Of a stretch of DNA of 32,000 nucleotides, positions 17,089-25,280 are shown piece by piece. The notes beneath the pieces were generated by a model. The model was not told where the DNA came from. It saw only the letters and a list, made by a program, of their open reading frames with translations, and ran no database searches. The position numbers and the translations under genes are program-made. This DNA is from Geotalea uraniireducens Rf4 (GTDB lineage Bacteria; Desulfobacterota; Desulfuromonadia; Geobacterales; Geobacteraceae), in the NCBI RefSeq assembly GCF_000016745.1, contig NC_009483.1:2640001-2672000 (forward strand). The letters run 5' to 3'. Each line of letters opens with the position of its first letter. Within the stretch, counting starts at the first letter, position 1.

Positions 17089-18016
17089 AAAGTTGATCAA
17101 GTGCACAGCGGACCTCCTGATAATCAGGATTGAGCTTGAGCGCTTCATGCAGATATTCCTCGGCATATCGCGGCATATCCATCTTCACACAACATTGTCC
17201 AAGATAATAAAATATCTCAGGCAGCGGAAATTGTTCGCAAAAAAACGTATCGTCAATAATGTCCTGTAGTATGGCTGCCGCCTCTTCGTATTCACCCCGT
17301 TCATACACGAAAAATGCCGCCGCAACCGCTTCCAGATAATCAACCACTGGTATCCGCGGCAGTTCCCCACCTGCAATCTGCTGCAAACGAACCTCTAGTT
17401 TTTGCGCTTCCTTTGATTCCAGAGCACAAAGTATACCACGCCAACAAACAGAAGCGTCCTGGTACTTGCCCAGCAGATAACAAACCTCTCCGAGCTTGTT
17501 CCTGACAATTACATGTTCAGGAGATAACTGCAACGCCTTACGGAGGAAATCCTCCGCGCGGTAAAGCGTAACCGTAGATAAATGCAAAGCGGAAAGCCGC
17601 AACCCTTTATCAAGGAGAGTTATGCCGATCTCTAAGGGAAACTGCGGGTTTTCCGGCTCGATCAAAGCAAATATTTTCAAATAATTAATTCTTCTATCCA
17701 GGTAAGTAATTTCCACATCTTTATGCTCAAGCATAATGATATGGCTGGCAAGTTCTGAAAGATAGTGGGGATAGGCCTCTTTCAGCAGCATCGCATAGCG
17801 CGCGCTCAAAACAGAGTCGGGATTTGCACGCAACAGTTGATAAATGCCGCGGCCAACGGCATCGTATGAGGGATAAGGACCGTCAAGGGCCGCGTAGTCT
17901 TCTTCCAAAAGAGGGATAGGAATTTCCCCGTATGGAATCCTGATCCTTCCGTCAAGGCCTGTCAGAATGGCGTCTTCCGGAGGTTCAAAATAGCGGATTC
18001 CCGGAATCGGTGTCAA
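17084..18016 (-). CDS. TPR-repeat protein
   Basis: 310 aa. Repeated A-x-x-x-Y/F…A…P helical-pair patterns (…YRAEDFLRKALQLSPEH…, …YAEEYLHEALKLNPDY…). Only a TTG start is available at 18016, with a weak SD. The last codon and the stop (TCC TGA) are supplied by the IS1595 end. Confidence 0.7.
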   Translation of the reverse strand: MTPIPGIRYFEPPEDAILTGLDGRIRIPYGEIPIPLLEEDYAALDGPYPSYDAVGRGIYQLLRANPDSVLSARYAMLLKEAYPHYLSELASHIIMLEHKDVEITYLDRRINYLKIFALIEPENPQFPLEIGITLLDKGLRLSALHLSTVTLYRAEDFLRKALQLSPEHVIVRNKLGEVCYLLGKYQDASVCWRGILCALESKEAQKLEVRLQQIAGGELPRIPVVDYLEAVAAAFFVYERGEYEEAAAILQDIIDDTFFCEQFPLPEIFYYLGQCCVKMDMPRYAEEYLHEALKLNPDYQEVRCALDQLS

Positions 18017-18036
18017 TTCTTTAAGATTTATATGGT

Positions 18037-18885
18037 TTATGGCTGCGTCTCCTCTGATTCCCTGTCGGGAAAGGTATTTATAGCGGCTGATTCGCCGACC
18101 ATTTTGTAGATTTTCACATTATCCCACGGCTCATCCATGATGCCATCATGGATGGCCCAGCTGCGGCCACGTACTGATTTCTCCATACCAGGCATACGAA
18201 ACGGAGAGGAGCCGTCCATCCTCTTGCAAAGTACCCCCCCCGGCCTAAACCCTTCATTTATCACAAGCATCAGCCTTTTGCCGGTTATATAATCAAAACC
18301 GTATTTTTCGTAACGGATAGCGTTGTCATAAGTAAGCGGCTCGGCAACAATCATCTCCATACCCAAACCATCCACGAATCGCTCGAAGAGAGCAAAGAAC
18401 TCCCTGAACATCTTCAAACCCCGATGGGTTTGATTCGGAAAAAGGCCGGCCCCCATGGCTGAGATTTCCTCCGGGATATTACGGCCAAGACTGGTAAAAC
18501 AATTGTCCATGCCGGAACTATCCTTATCCACATTGAAACGTGGCGCACGAGGATCATTAATAATACAGAATGCCAGTTCCATCTGGCGATAATGGGTATC
18601 TGCAAGCTCAAGAAAAAAAACCTTATCGTCGTCAAACTCACGCATCCTTGCCTCGATACGCAGGATACCCAGACCGCGCGGGGCGATAACGGTGATTTTT
18701 CGTTCACCGTCTGCACCGCAAAAGTTTACTGCAGAGACAGCCAAAATATCAAAGAGCCGCGGCGGAATAATTCTTTTATAAATCATCTCCTTCTCGACTG
18801 CATCAAGAAGGTTAATGTCCCTCAGGGAAAAAAGCGGCTTCCCCTGAAGGTCGGTCAGCTGTTCATTTCCCGGAAGTCTGGCCAT
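18037..18885 (-). CDS. Hypothetical protein (282 aa), translationally overlapped with the upstream deacetylase gene
   Basis: Long uninterrupted ORF with normal amino-acid composition. ATG at 18885 (the ORF track opens at TTG 18894), overlapping the HDAC-like gene's 3' end (18863) by 23 nt. No family recognised with confidence. Region …HRGLKMFREFFALFERFV…YEKYGFDY… is faintly GNAT-like. Confidence 0.6.
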   Translation of the reverse strand: MARLPGNEQLTDLQGKPLFSLRDINLLDAVEKEMIYKRIIPPRLFDILAVSAVNFCGADGERKITVIAPRGLGILRIEARMREFDDDKVFFLELADTHYRQMELAFCIINDPRAPRFNVDKDSSGMDNCFTSLGRNIPEEISAMGAGLFPNQTHRGLKMFREFFALFERFVDGLGMEMIVAEPLTYDNAIRYEKYGFDYITGKRLMLVINEGFRPGGVLCKRMDGSSPFRMPGMEKSVRGRSWAIHDGIMDEPWDNVKIYKMVGESAAINTFPDRESEETQP

Positions 18886-20020
18886 ATTCACCAATAATAA
18901 CAGGGAAAATCGTTTTTTTAATTGCAGCTACACTCTTCTCGACCGCATCCAGAGCCCTGTTTCGGTCGTCTTCATCAGCCCAGTGCATGGCATCTAGCAG
19001 CATCTTGTGCGGGAAACCCAACGGCCTGATAATCTTTATAAACGATGACGGTAAAGCTGGGGGCAAATCAATGCCGTTCATTATAGCCCAGACAATAGTC
19101 CACGCCCGTGCAACGTTCATAATGTCGTAACCACCGCCACCAACCGCTATCCAAGGGATTTGCAACGCCTTCAATTTCCTGATTATATATGAATAGGCAT
19201 GGGTAGTAATTTCAAGCCTGGTGAGAGGATCGGTGCGAAAGGTATCCGCACCGACCTGCGTAACCAGAACATCCGGGTCGAACGCAGCAATCAAGGGAAA
19301 AGCGACCTCATCAAAAGCCTTCATATATAGGGCGTCATCGGTGTGTTCCAAAAGCGGGATGTTGACAGAATACCCCACCCCCTTGCCGGCGCCTGTTTCA
19401 TTTTCAAATCCGGTCCCCGGGAAAAAATATACTCCGCTTTCGTGAAGAGAAATGGTCAGAACTTGATCGCTGTCGTAAAAAGCATCTTGAACACCATCAC
19501 CGTGATGGGCATCAAGATCAAGATAAACAACCCTTTTCCCTTTAGCGAGCAGTACATTTATGGCAATAACGGCATCGTTCAGATAGGAAAAGCCCGACGC
19601 CTTATTCCTGTGGGCATGGTGCCAACCTCCAGCCAGGTTAAAAGCAAAGTCATACCCTTCTTCGGCAACCAACCGTGCGGCTTCTACCGTTCCGGCTGTT
19701 CCCAGACAGGCCCAGTCATAAACACCTTTAAAAACAGGATTCTCCGTATCACCCAGGCCATAACGAAAGTCCGCTCTCGGTTCTTCAGCAGTACTGAATT
19801 CCTTGAGCTGCGCCAAATAATCAGGGGAATGAAAGGTGAGAAGCTGTTCTTCAGCAATGGGACGGCTTTGACATAACCGCACACCTGGAATCCGGGTCAG
19901 CCCGTAAGCTTGAATGAGCTCATAGGCCAGTCTGTAACGCTGCACTTTGAACGGATGTTCGGCACCGTAACTGTAACGGCTGAAATCCGGCGAATAGATC
20001 AGGGCTGATTTACCTGACAA
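18863..20020 (-). CDS. Histone deacetylase-family protein (AcuC/acetoin-utilisation-type class I deacetylase)
   Basis: 385 aa. Catalytic motifs GGWHHAHRNKASGFSYLNDAV, LDLDAHHGDG, GGGGY. TTG start at 20020 with GGAGAA 5 nt upstream. Confidence 0.85.
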   Translation of the reverse strand: MSGKSALIYSPDFSRYSYGAEHPFKVQRYRLAYELIQAYGLTRIPGVRLCQSRPIAEEQLLTFHSPDYLAQLKEFSTAEEPRADFRYGLGDTENPVFKGVYDWACLGTAGTVEAARLVAEEGYDFAFNLAGGWHHAHRNKASGFSYLNDAVIAINVLLAKGKRVVYLDLDAHHGDGVQDAFYDSDQVLTISLHESGVYFFPGTGFENETGAGKGVGYSVNIPLLEHTDDALYMKAFDEVAFPLIAAFDPDVLVTQVGADTFRTDPLTRLEITTHAYSYIIRKLKALQIPWIAVGGGGYDIMNVARAWTIVWAIMNGIDLPPALPSSFIKIIRPLGFPHKMLLDAMHWADEDDRNRALDAVEKSVAAIKKTIFPVIIGEYGQTSGK

Positions 20021-20225
20021 GCTGTTTCTCCGGTTGCATCAGGAATAGTTGAAATCCCGTCCTTTTCTCATGTGAATTTACAATGTTAGCTGAAGAGCGT
20101 CAACAACTATTTCCCCCCGGACAAGCCCTATTTTTAGGCATGACAGGTGATAATTTAAGCAAAACAGTGAAATCCTCGGGCACACCAGAAGTATGGCAGC
20201 CAATGTTTTCGATATGTTACAGGGT

Positions 20226-20241
20226 TGGCAAAAAGGTTGCT
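20226..20241 (+). promoter_or_regulatory. Sigma-54 (-24/-12) type promoter upstream of the ammonium transporter
   Basis: TGGCAA-AAAGG-TTGCT matches TGGCAC-N5-TTGCW at all but one position. It ends 66 nt upstream of the amt ATG (20307). Confidence 0.6.
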
Positions 20242-20306
20242 AAGGAGATTGTTCTGTCTTTACCCAATGGCGGGTTAAAGAGTAATTACCACGGAGGTAA
20301 TATTAA

Positions 20307-21527
20307 ATGGATGTAATGTCATCGTTGACAAATCTGCGTAACAGTTCTGACGTGTTGTTTCTTATGCTGGGCGCTGTCATGGTTTTTGCCATGCACGCCG
20401 GTTTTGCTTTTCTTGAAGTCGGAACCGTGCGTAAGAAGAACCAGGTAAACGCCTTTGTTAAGATACTTACCGATTGGTCTGTATCTACCATCGTCTACTT
20501 CCTGATCGGCTTTCCCCTTGCTTATGGCATCTCATTTCTCACTCCTGCAGAAAAACTGCTCGGCACCACCCAGGGTTATGATCTGACCCACTTCTTCTTC
20601 CTCCTTTGCTTTGCTGCCTGTATTCCGGCCATCATTTCGGGGGGTATCGCCGAGCGTGCCAAGTTCTGGCCCCAGGTATGTGCAGGTGCAATTTTTGCTG
20701 CCCTTACCTACCCAATTTTTGAGTCGCTCATTTGGGGCAAAAATGCCTCATTACTCCAGGATTTATTTAAAAGCTTCGGTGGCGCCGAATTCCACGATTA
20801 TGCAGGTTCAGTGGTGGTTCATTCAATCGGCGGATGGCTGGCATTACCTGCGGTCATCATTCTTGGCCCGCGCATGGGCCGTTATGTTCGTGGCAAGTCA
20901 CACCCTATCCCCATCAGCAATATCCCATTCCTGGCGCTCGGCTCCTGGATTTTAGCAATCGGCTGGTTTGGCTTCAATGTCATGAGCGCAGGGCATCTGG
21001 ATAAAATATCAGGTTTGGTTGCCGTAAATTCGCTACTTGCAATGGTGGGTGGCGTCCTCTTTGCCCTGATTGCAGGTAAAAATGATCCAGGTTTCGTTCA
21101 CAACGGCGCCCTTGCCGGTCTCATAGCTGTCTGCGCCGGTAGCGATATCATGCATCCCCTGGCCGCTTTCGTAACCGGTGGTATCGCTTCAATCATTTTT
21201 GTTTACGGTTTTCATATTGAACAGGAAAAACTTAAAATTGACGATGTACTTGGCGTCTGGCCTCTGCATGGCGTTATCGGCTCCTGGGGAGGTATTGCTG
21301 CAGGCATCTTCGGTCAAAAGGCGCTGGGAGGAATGGGAGGAGTCACCTTCATCTCGCAACTGACCGGAAGCCTCGTTGCCGTTGTTTTTGCCTTGGTCAA
21401 TGGATTCCTTGTTTATGGCATCCTCTCTAAAACAGTCGGTATCAGACTGGCGGAAGAAGAAGAATTTGCCGGGGCGGATCTCAGCATTCACAGTATCGGA
21501 GCTTATCCCGAAGAGCATGTCAGATAA
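20307..21527 (+). CDS. amt: Ammonium transporter (Amt family)
   Basis: 406 aa, about 11 TM segments. Amt signatures FAMHAGFAFLEVGTVRKKN, DYAGSVVVHSIGGW, GWFGFN, GVWPLHGVIGSWGG. GGAGGT SD lies 8 nt upstream. Confidence 0.9.
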   Translation: MDVMSSLTNLRNSSDVLFLMLGAVMVFAMHAGFAFLEVGTVRKKNQVNAFVKILTDWSVSTIVYFLIGFPLAYGISFLTPAEKLLGTTQGYDLTHFFFLLCFAACIPAIISGGIAERAKFWPQVCAGAIFAALTYPIFESLIWGKNASLLQDLFKSFGGAEFHDYAGSVVVHSIGGWLALPAVIILGPRMGRYVRGKSHPIPISNIPFLALGSWILAIGWFGFNVMSAGHLDKISGLVAVNSLLAMVGGVLFALIAGKNDPGFVHNGALAGLIAVCAGSDIMHPLAAFVTGGIASIIFVYGFHIEQEKLKIDDVLGVWPLHGVIGSWGGIAAGIFGQKALGGMGGVTFISQLTGSLVAVVFALVNGFLVYGILSKTVGIRLAEEEEFAGADLSIHSIGAYPEEHVR

Positions 21528-21551
21528 TTCTCAACATATATCAATGCTTAC

Positions 21552-21585
21552 AAAAGGCCCAAATACTGGGCCTTTTTGATTTTTT
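21552..21585 (+). terminator. Rho-independent terminator after amt
   Basis: Perfect 10-bp stem AAAAGGCCCA (21552-21561) / TGGGCCTTTT (21567-21576) with a 5-nt loop, followed by a T-rich run (TTTTGATTTTTT). Confidence 0.8.
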
Positions 21586-21659
21586 GCTTTACAGTTTGAT
21601 ATATAGGCCGATATAAATACTGTAACGCACATTTTCTAACGAGTTATGGACATAAGGCC

Positions 21660-22487
21660 ATGAAAAAACATTTGGGAGATTTATTGGTAGAAGCCGGGAT
21701 TATTACGGTTAAGACCCTTGAACGTGCATTGGAAAGGCAAAAAGGGAGCAATAAACGTCTCGGTGTAGTTCTGGAAGAGATGGGCGTCATTACCGGCGAT
21801 GAATTGGTAGACGCACTTGCCAGTCAATACGGATTTAAGACCGTCAAGAACTTATTATCCTATTCCTATTCACAAGAATTGCTTGACTTGATACCCGAAG
21901 ACCTGGCGGTACAGAAACAAATCTTCCCACTTAAGCAGAAAGAAGGGATGCTTGCCATAGCAATAACCGACCCGTTCGACAACGATTCAGTCGATTACCT
22001 GGCTAAAAAAACCGGTTTGAAGATAATACCCGTTCTAGCTACAAGTAAAGATATTATGGAGGCGGTCAGGAAATACTACCTGAAAGGGGTTGAACAGGGA
22101 AGCAGGCATAAAGTTCTCGTGGTTGATGACTCAAAGTCGATCGCCACGATCATCGAAGTAGCACTGCAAAAGGAAGGTTACGAAGTGGTTGTGGGATATG
22201 ACGGTCTTGAGGGCCTGAAATTAGCACTCCACCACAAACCCGACCTCGTCATCTGTGACGCTGTTATGCCCCGCATGGACGGCTACGGTTTATTGCGCGC
22301 ATTGAAAGCCAACCCGGAAACAGCTCAGATACCTATCATTCTCCTTACCTCTAAAGCCTCAGCTGAAGAAGAAAACACGGCGTTGATATCAGGTTTCACG
22401 GATTTTATTGCTAAACCGGTAATGCCGATGCGGGTAATTTCCCGAGTCAAGAGGACATTTGAAATCATCCAAAACATGAAAAAATAA
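21660..22487 (+). CDS. Two-domain protein: N-terminal MshEN / T2SSE_N (c-di-GMP-binding type) domain + C-terminal response-regulator receiver
   Basis: 275 aa. N-terminus has two tandem 24-residue motifs, HLGDLLVEAGIITVKTLERALERQ and RLGVVLEEMGVITGDELVDALASQ, separated by the 5 residues KGSNK. C-terminal REC: VLVVDDS, DLVICDAVMPRMDG, ILLTSK. Confidence 0.8.
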   Translation: MKKHLGDLLVEAGIITVKTLERALERQKGSNKRLGVVLEEMGVITGDELVDALASQYGFKTVKNLLSYSYSQELLDLIPEDLAVQKQIFPLKQKEGMLAIAITDPFDNDSVDYLAKKTGLKIIPVLATSKDIMEAVRKYYLKGVEQGSRHKVLVVDDSKSIATIIEVALQKEGYEVVVGYDGLEGLKLALHHKPDLVICDAVMPRMDGYGLLRALKANPETAQIPIILLTSKASAEEENTALISGFTDFIAKPVMPMRVISRVKRTFEIIQNMKK

Positions 22488-22536
22488 AGAAAGGGGGCAG
22501 CAATTTCACGACGCCACCCCCTTCGCAACTTTTTCC

Positions 22537-23940
22537 CTACCCTCTCCTGACAAACGCTAAAGCTTTCTCAAGCCTCAAATTGGTTTCCTCTTTGCCGAGC
22601 ACCTCCATAACCTCGAAAATGCTCGGAGCGACTGTTCCGCCGCACAACGCTATCCTGGCCGGTTGGGCAACCTGGCCAAGCTTTAAACCTTTCTCTTCAC
22701 AAATTTCCTTAAAAATTTGTTCTATACTCTGATGCGTAAAATCGGCCGATGATGCAAACTTTGCAATCAGAAGCTCATATAATGGTGAAACCTCCGGTGT
22801 GAGGAATTTTTCAACAGCCTTTTCGTCATAGGAAAAATCTCTCCTGAAATAGAAGAGCGCACCGTCTGCCATCTCCAAGAGTGTCCTGGACCGTTCCTGA
22901 AGGGTTTTCACTACAGCAACGAGATCTGGTCCGCCAGTTGGGTCGACACCTCTTTCCCGGAGAAATGGAACCAGCAGTCCCGCCAGCCGGGAAGGATCGC
23001 CGGTTTTAATGTAATGGGCGTTCAACCAGAGGAGCTTGTCGGGATTGAAGACACCGGCTGACCGTCCAACCTGTTCGATGGAGAATTTTTCGATCAGATC
23101 TTCCTTACTGAAAATCTCCTCATCGCCGAAACTCCAACCAAGCCTTACCAGGTAATTAACCAACGCCTCGGGCAGATAGCCCATATCCCGATAAGCCATG
23201 ACGCCCGTTGCCCCATGTCGCTTGGAAAGACGTGCTTTGTCTGCGCCAAGAATCATCGGCACATGAGCAAAATGAGGTACGGGATAGCCAAGCGCCTCGT
23301 AAAGAAGGATCTGCCGGGGCGTGTTATTGACATGATCGTCACCGCGAATGACCGTGGTGATGCCCATGGTGGCGTCGTCGATCACCACGACGAAATTATA
23401 GGTTGGCGTTCCATCGCTCCGCTGGATTATCAGGTCGTCCAGTTCGTCATTATTAAAGGCAATCCGCCCTTTGATCAGGTCGTCGAATGCCGTGACCCCC
23501 TCGTGAGGTGCTCTGAATCTCACCACATGGGGCTTGCCGGGCACATCACCGGCCAACTCCCGACATGTGCCGTCGTACTTAGGCTTGCGACCGTCCATGA
23601 GGGCCTGCTCCCGCTTGGCCTCCAACTCTTCCGGCGTGCAATAGCATTTATACGCCTTGCCGCTGTCAAGAAGCTTTTGCACAAACTCCTTATACACGGG
23701 GAACCTGTCCGACTGGTAATAGGGACCTTCATCCCAATCCAGACCAAGCCACTCCATTCCCTGTAAAATAGCATCGACCGATTCCTGGGTCGAACGTGCC
23801 ACATCGGTATCCTCGATACGGAGAATAAATGTGCCTTTTTGCTTTCTGGCCAAAAGCCAGTTGAAAAGGGCCGTACGCGCGCCCCCCACATGGAGATAGC
23901 CGGTTGGGCTAGGGGCAAAGCGGAGACGAACTTCAGTCAT
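22537..23940 (-). CDS. gltX: Glutamate--tRNA ligase
   Basis: Class I HIGH motif [16 protein letters not shown]-type motif RLSKRHG. ORF opens at 23961, but the ATG at 23940 has AAAGGAG 7 nt upstream. Confidence 0.95.
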   Translation of the reverse strand: MTEVRLRFAPSPTGYLHVGGARTALFNWLLARKQKGTFILRIEDTDVARSTQESVDAILQGMEWLGLDWDEGPYYQSDRFPVYKEFVQKLLDSGKAYKCYCTPEELEAKREQALMDGRKPKYDGTCRELAGDVPGKPHVVRFRAPHEGVTAFDDLIKGRIAFNNDELDDLIIQRSDGTPTYNFVVVIDDATMGITTVIRGDDHVNNTPRQILLYEALGYPVPHFAHVPMILGADKARLSKRHGATGVMAYRDMGYLPEALVNYLVRLGWSFGDEEIFSKEDLIEKFSIEQVGRSAGVFNPDKLLWLNAHYIKTGDPSRLAGLLVPFLRERGVDPTGGPDLVAVVKTLQERSRTLLEMADGALFYFRRDFSYDEKAVEKFLTPEVSPLYELLIAKFASSADFTHQSIEQIFKEICEEKGLKLGQVAQPARIALCGGTVAPSIFEVMEVLGKEETNLRLEKALAFVRRG

Positions 23941-24026
23941 TGGTAACTCCTTTAAAACCATATTTCTATTTTCTGTGCCTTAAACGGATCATCAATTGTG
24001 TGTCATGCACAGAAACAGCTACAGGA

Positions 24027-24209
24027 CTATTCCGACTCTTCCTCATCATCATCGGCTTTTTTCTCACCTGGAATGCGGTAATCTTCAGTAACCCAGGCAC
24101 CCAAGTCAATCAGCTTGCAGCGTTCGGAACAAAACGGACGATAAGGGTTTTCTTCCCAGACAACGTCTTTACGGCATTGTGGGCACAGTCGTTTTTTCAA
24201 CGTTTTCAT
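24027..24209 (-). CDS. yacG: DNA gyrase inhibitor YacG (zinc finger)
   Basis: CPQC…[23 protein letters not shown] is the YacG signature. I prefer the ATG at 24209 ([12 protein letters not shown]) over the ORF-track start at 24251. Confidence 0.85.
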   Translation of the reverse strand: MKTLKKRLCPQCRKDVVWEENPYRPFCSERCKLIDLGAWVTEDYRIPGEKKADDDEEESE

Positions 24210-24289
24210 TTTTCCACCCCACAAACGCATGGTTGCACCACTGTCAACCATCTATACTAAAAACTAACGACTGGTTTTGCAATTACAGT

Positions 24290-25264
24290 TCAGTTATTTT
24301 CCTTGTACCAACGGATAAATGCGCGTAGCCCCTCTTCTATGGAAGTAACCGGCTGATAACCGAGAATGGAACCTGACTTCGCCAGGTCCGCAAAGGTGAT
24401 ATGCACATCACCCGGCTGCATGGGGAGCCGATCCAGTATGGCCTTTTTACCAAGCTCCGATTCGAGAATTTCGACCAGACGGCTCAGCTCCACCGGCCTA
24501 GATCCCCCAAGATTGAAGATGTCATATCGTGGTTCAACGGAACAAACCCAGGACAGGGCCTTCTCCACGCCGGCAATGATATCGTTTATGAAGGTGTAGT
24601 CACGGCTTGTAGTCCCATCGCCATAAAAAGGGACCGCTTTTCCCTGATCGATAAGTCTGGTGAACTTGTTTATGGCAAGATCAGGGCGCTGGCGCGGCCC
24701 GTAAACAGTGAAAAACCTGAGACAGGCAATGTTCATTTTATACAGATGGTGATAAGTATGACAGATCAGCTCACCGGCCTTTTTAGTCGCTGCATAGGGG
24801 GAAATGGGATGGTCGACCGGATCACTTTCTGAAAACGGGGTTTTGAAGCTGTTGCCGTATACGGAAGAGCTGGAAGCGAACAACAAGAAACGGACACCAG
24901 CTGTCCTTGCCGCCTCCAGAATATTCATCGTGCCACGGATATTCACTTCTTCATAGAACAGCGGATTCTCAATGGAGGGGCGCACGCCGGCAGCAGCAGC
25001 AAGATGAATGACCGCATCGACTGATTCCTGAAGAACGACTGCCTTGACAAAATCGGCATCACGAATATCCCCTTCGCAGAGGATCAGGTTTTGCTCCCCT
25101 TCCTCGGCGGTTCCGACAATCTCCGAAAAGTTTCTCCGTTTCAGCTGCGGGTCGTAGAAATCATTAAAGTTATCAATGATTACGACATCATGCCCTGAAG
25201 AAATGAGTCGCTCTACGAGATGAGAACCAATAAATCCAGCGCCGCCGGTGACCAGTATCCTCAT
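24290..25264 (-). CDS. NAD-dependent sugar-nucleotide epimerase (UDP-glucuronate 4-epimerase-like SDR)
   Basis: True start is [15 protein letters not shown] at 25264; the longer ORF-track version would overlap the SPOR gene. DNFNDFYDPQLKRRN and YAATKKAGE (YxxxK) are typical of extended SDR UDP-GlcA 4-epimerases. The substrate call is an inference. Confidence 0.75.
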   Translation of the reverse strand: MRILVTGGAGFIGSHLVERLISSGHDVVIIDNFNDFYDPQLKRRNFSEIVGTAEEGEQNLILCEGDIRDADFVKAVVLQESVDAVIHLAAAAGVRPSIENPLFYEEVNIRGTMNILEAARTAGVRFLLFASSSSVYGNSFKTPFSESDPVDHPISPYAATKKAGELICHTYHHLYKMNIACLRFFTVYGPRQRPDLAINKFTRLIDQGKAVPFYGDGTTSRDYTFINDIIAGVEKALSWVCSVEPRYDIFNLGGSRPVELSRLVEILESELGKKAILDRLPMQPGDVHITFADLAKSGSILGYQPVTSIEEGLRAFIRWYKENN

Positions 25265-25280
25265 ATAAGTCCCTTTACAC

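Noticed and set aside
18414-19876. ORFs 18414-18716 (-), 18592-18897 (+), 19221-19445 (+), 19343-19876 (+), 19684-19884 (-)
   Set aside because: They are nested within or antisense to the HDAC-like gene and the 282-aa gene. They have no independent motifs or ribosome-binding sites.
20170-20205. Possible NtrC-type enhancer site (GCACACCAGAAGTATGGCAGC)
   Set aside because: It is only a loose half-palindrome and a poor match to TGCACC-N5-GGTGCA. That is not enough to call from sequence alone.
20083-20316. 77-aa plus-strand ORF upstream of amt
   Set aside because: It spans the promoter/leader, including the sigma-54 element and the amt SD. It has no SD of its own and odd composition.
22489-22524. 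Hairpin (GAAAGGGGG … CCCCCTTC) between the convergent MshEN-REC gene and gltX as a bidirectional terminator
   Set aside because: The stem is short with a bulge, the loop is about 19 nt, and the T-run is offset by several nucleotides. It is plausible but too weak to list as a feature.
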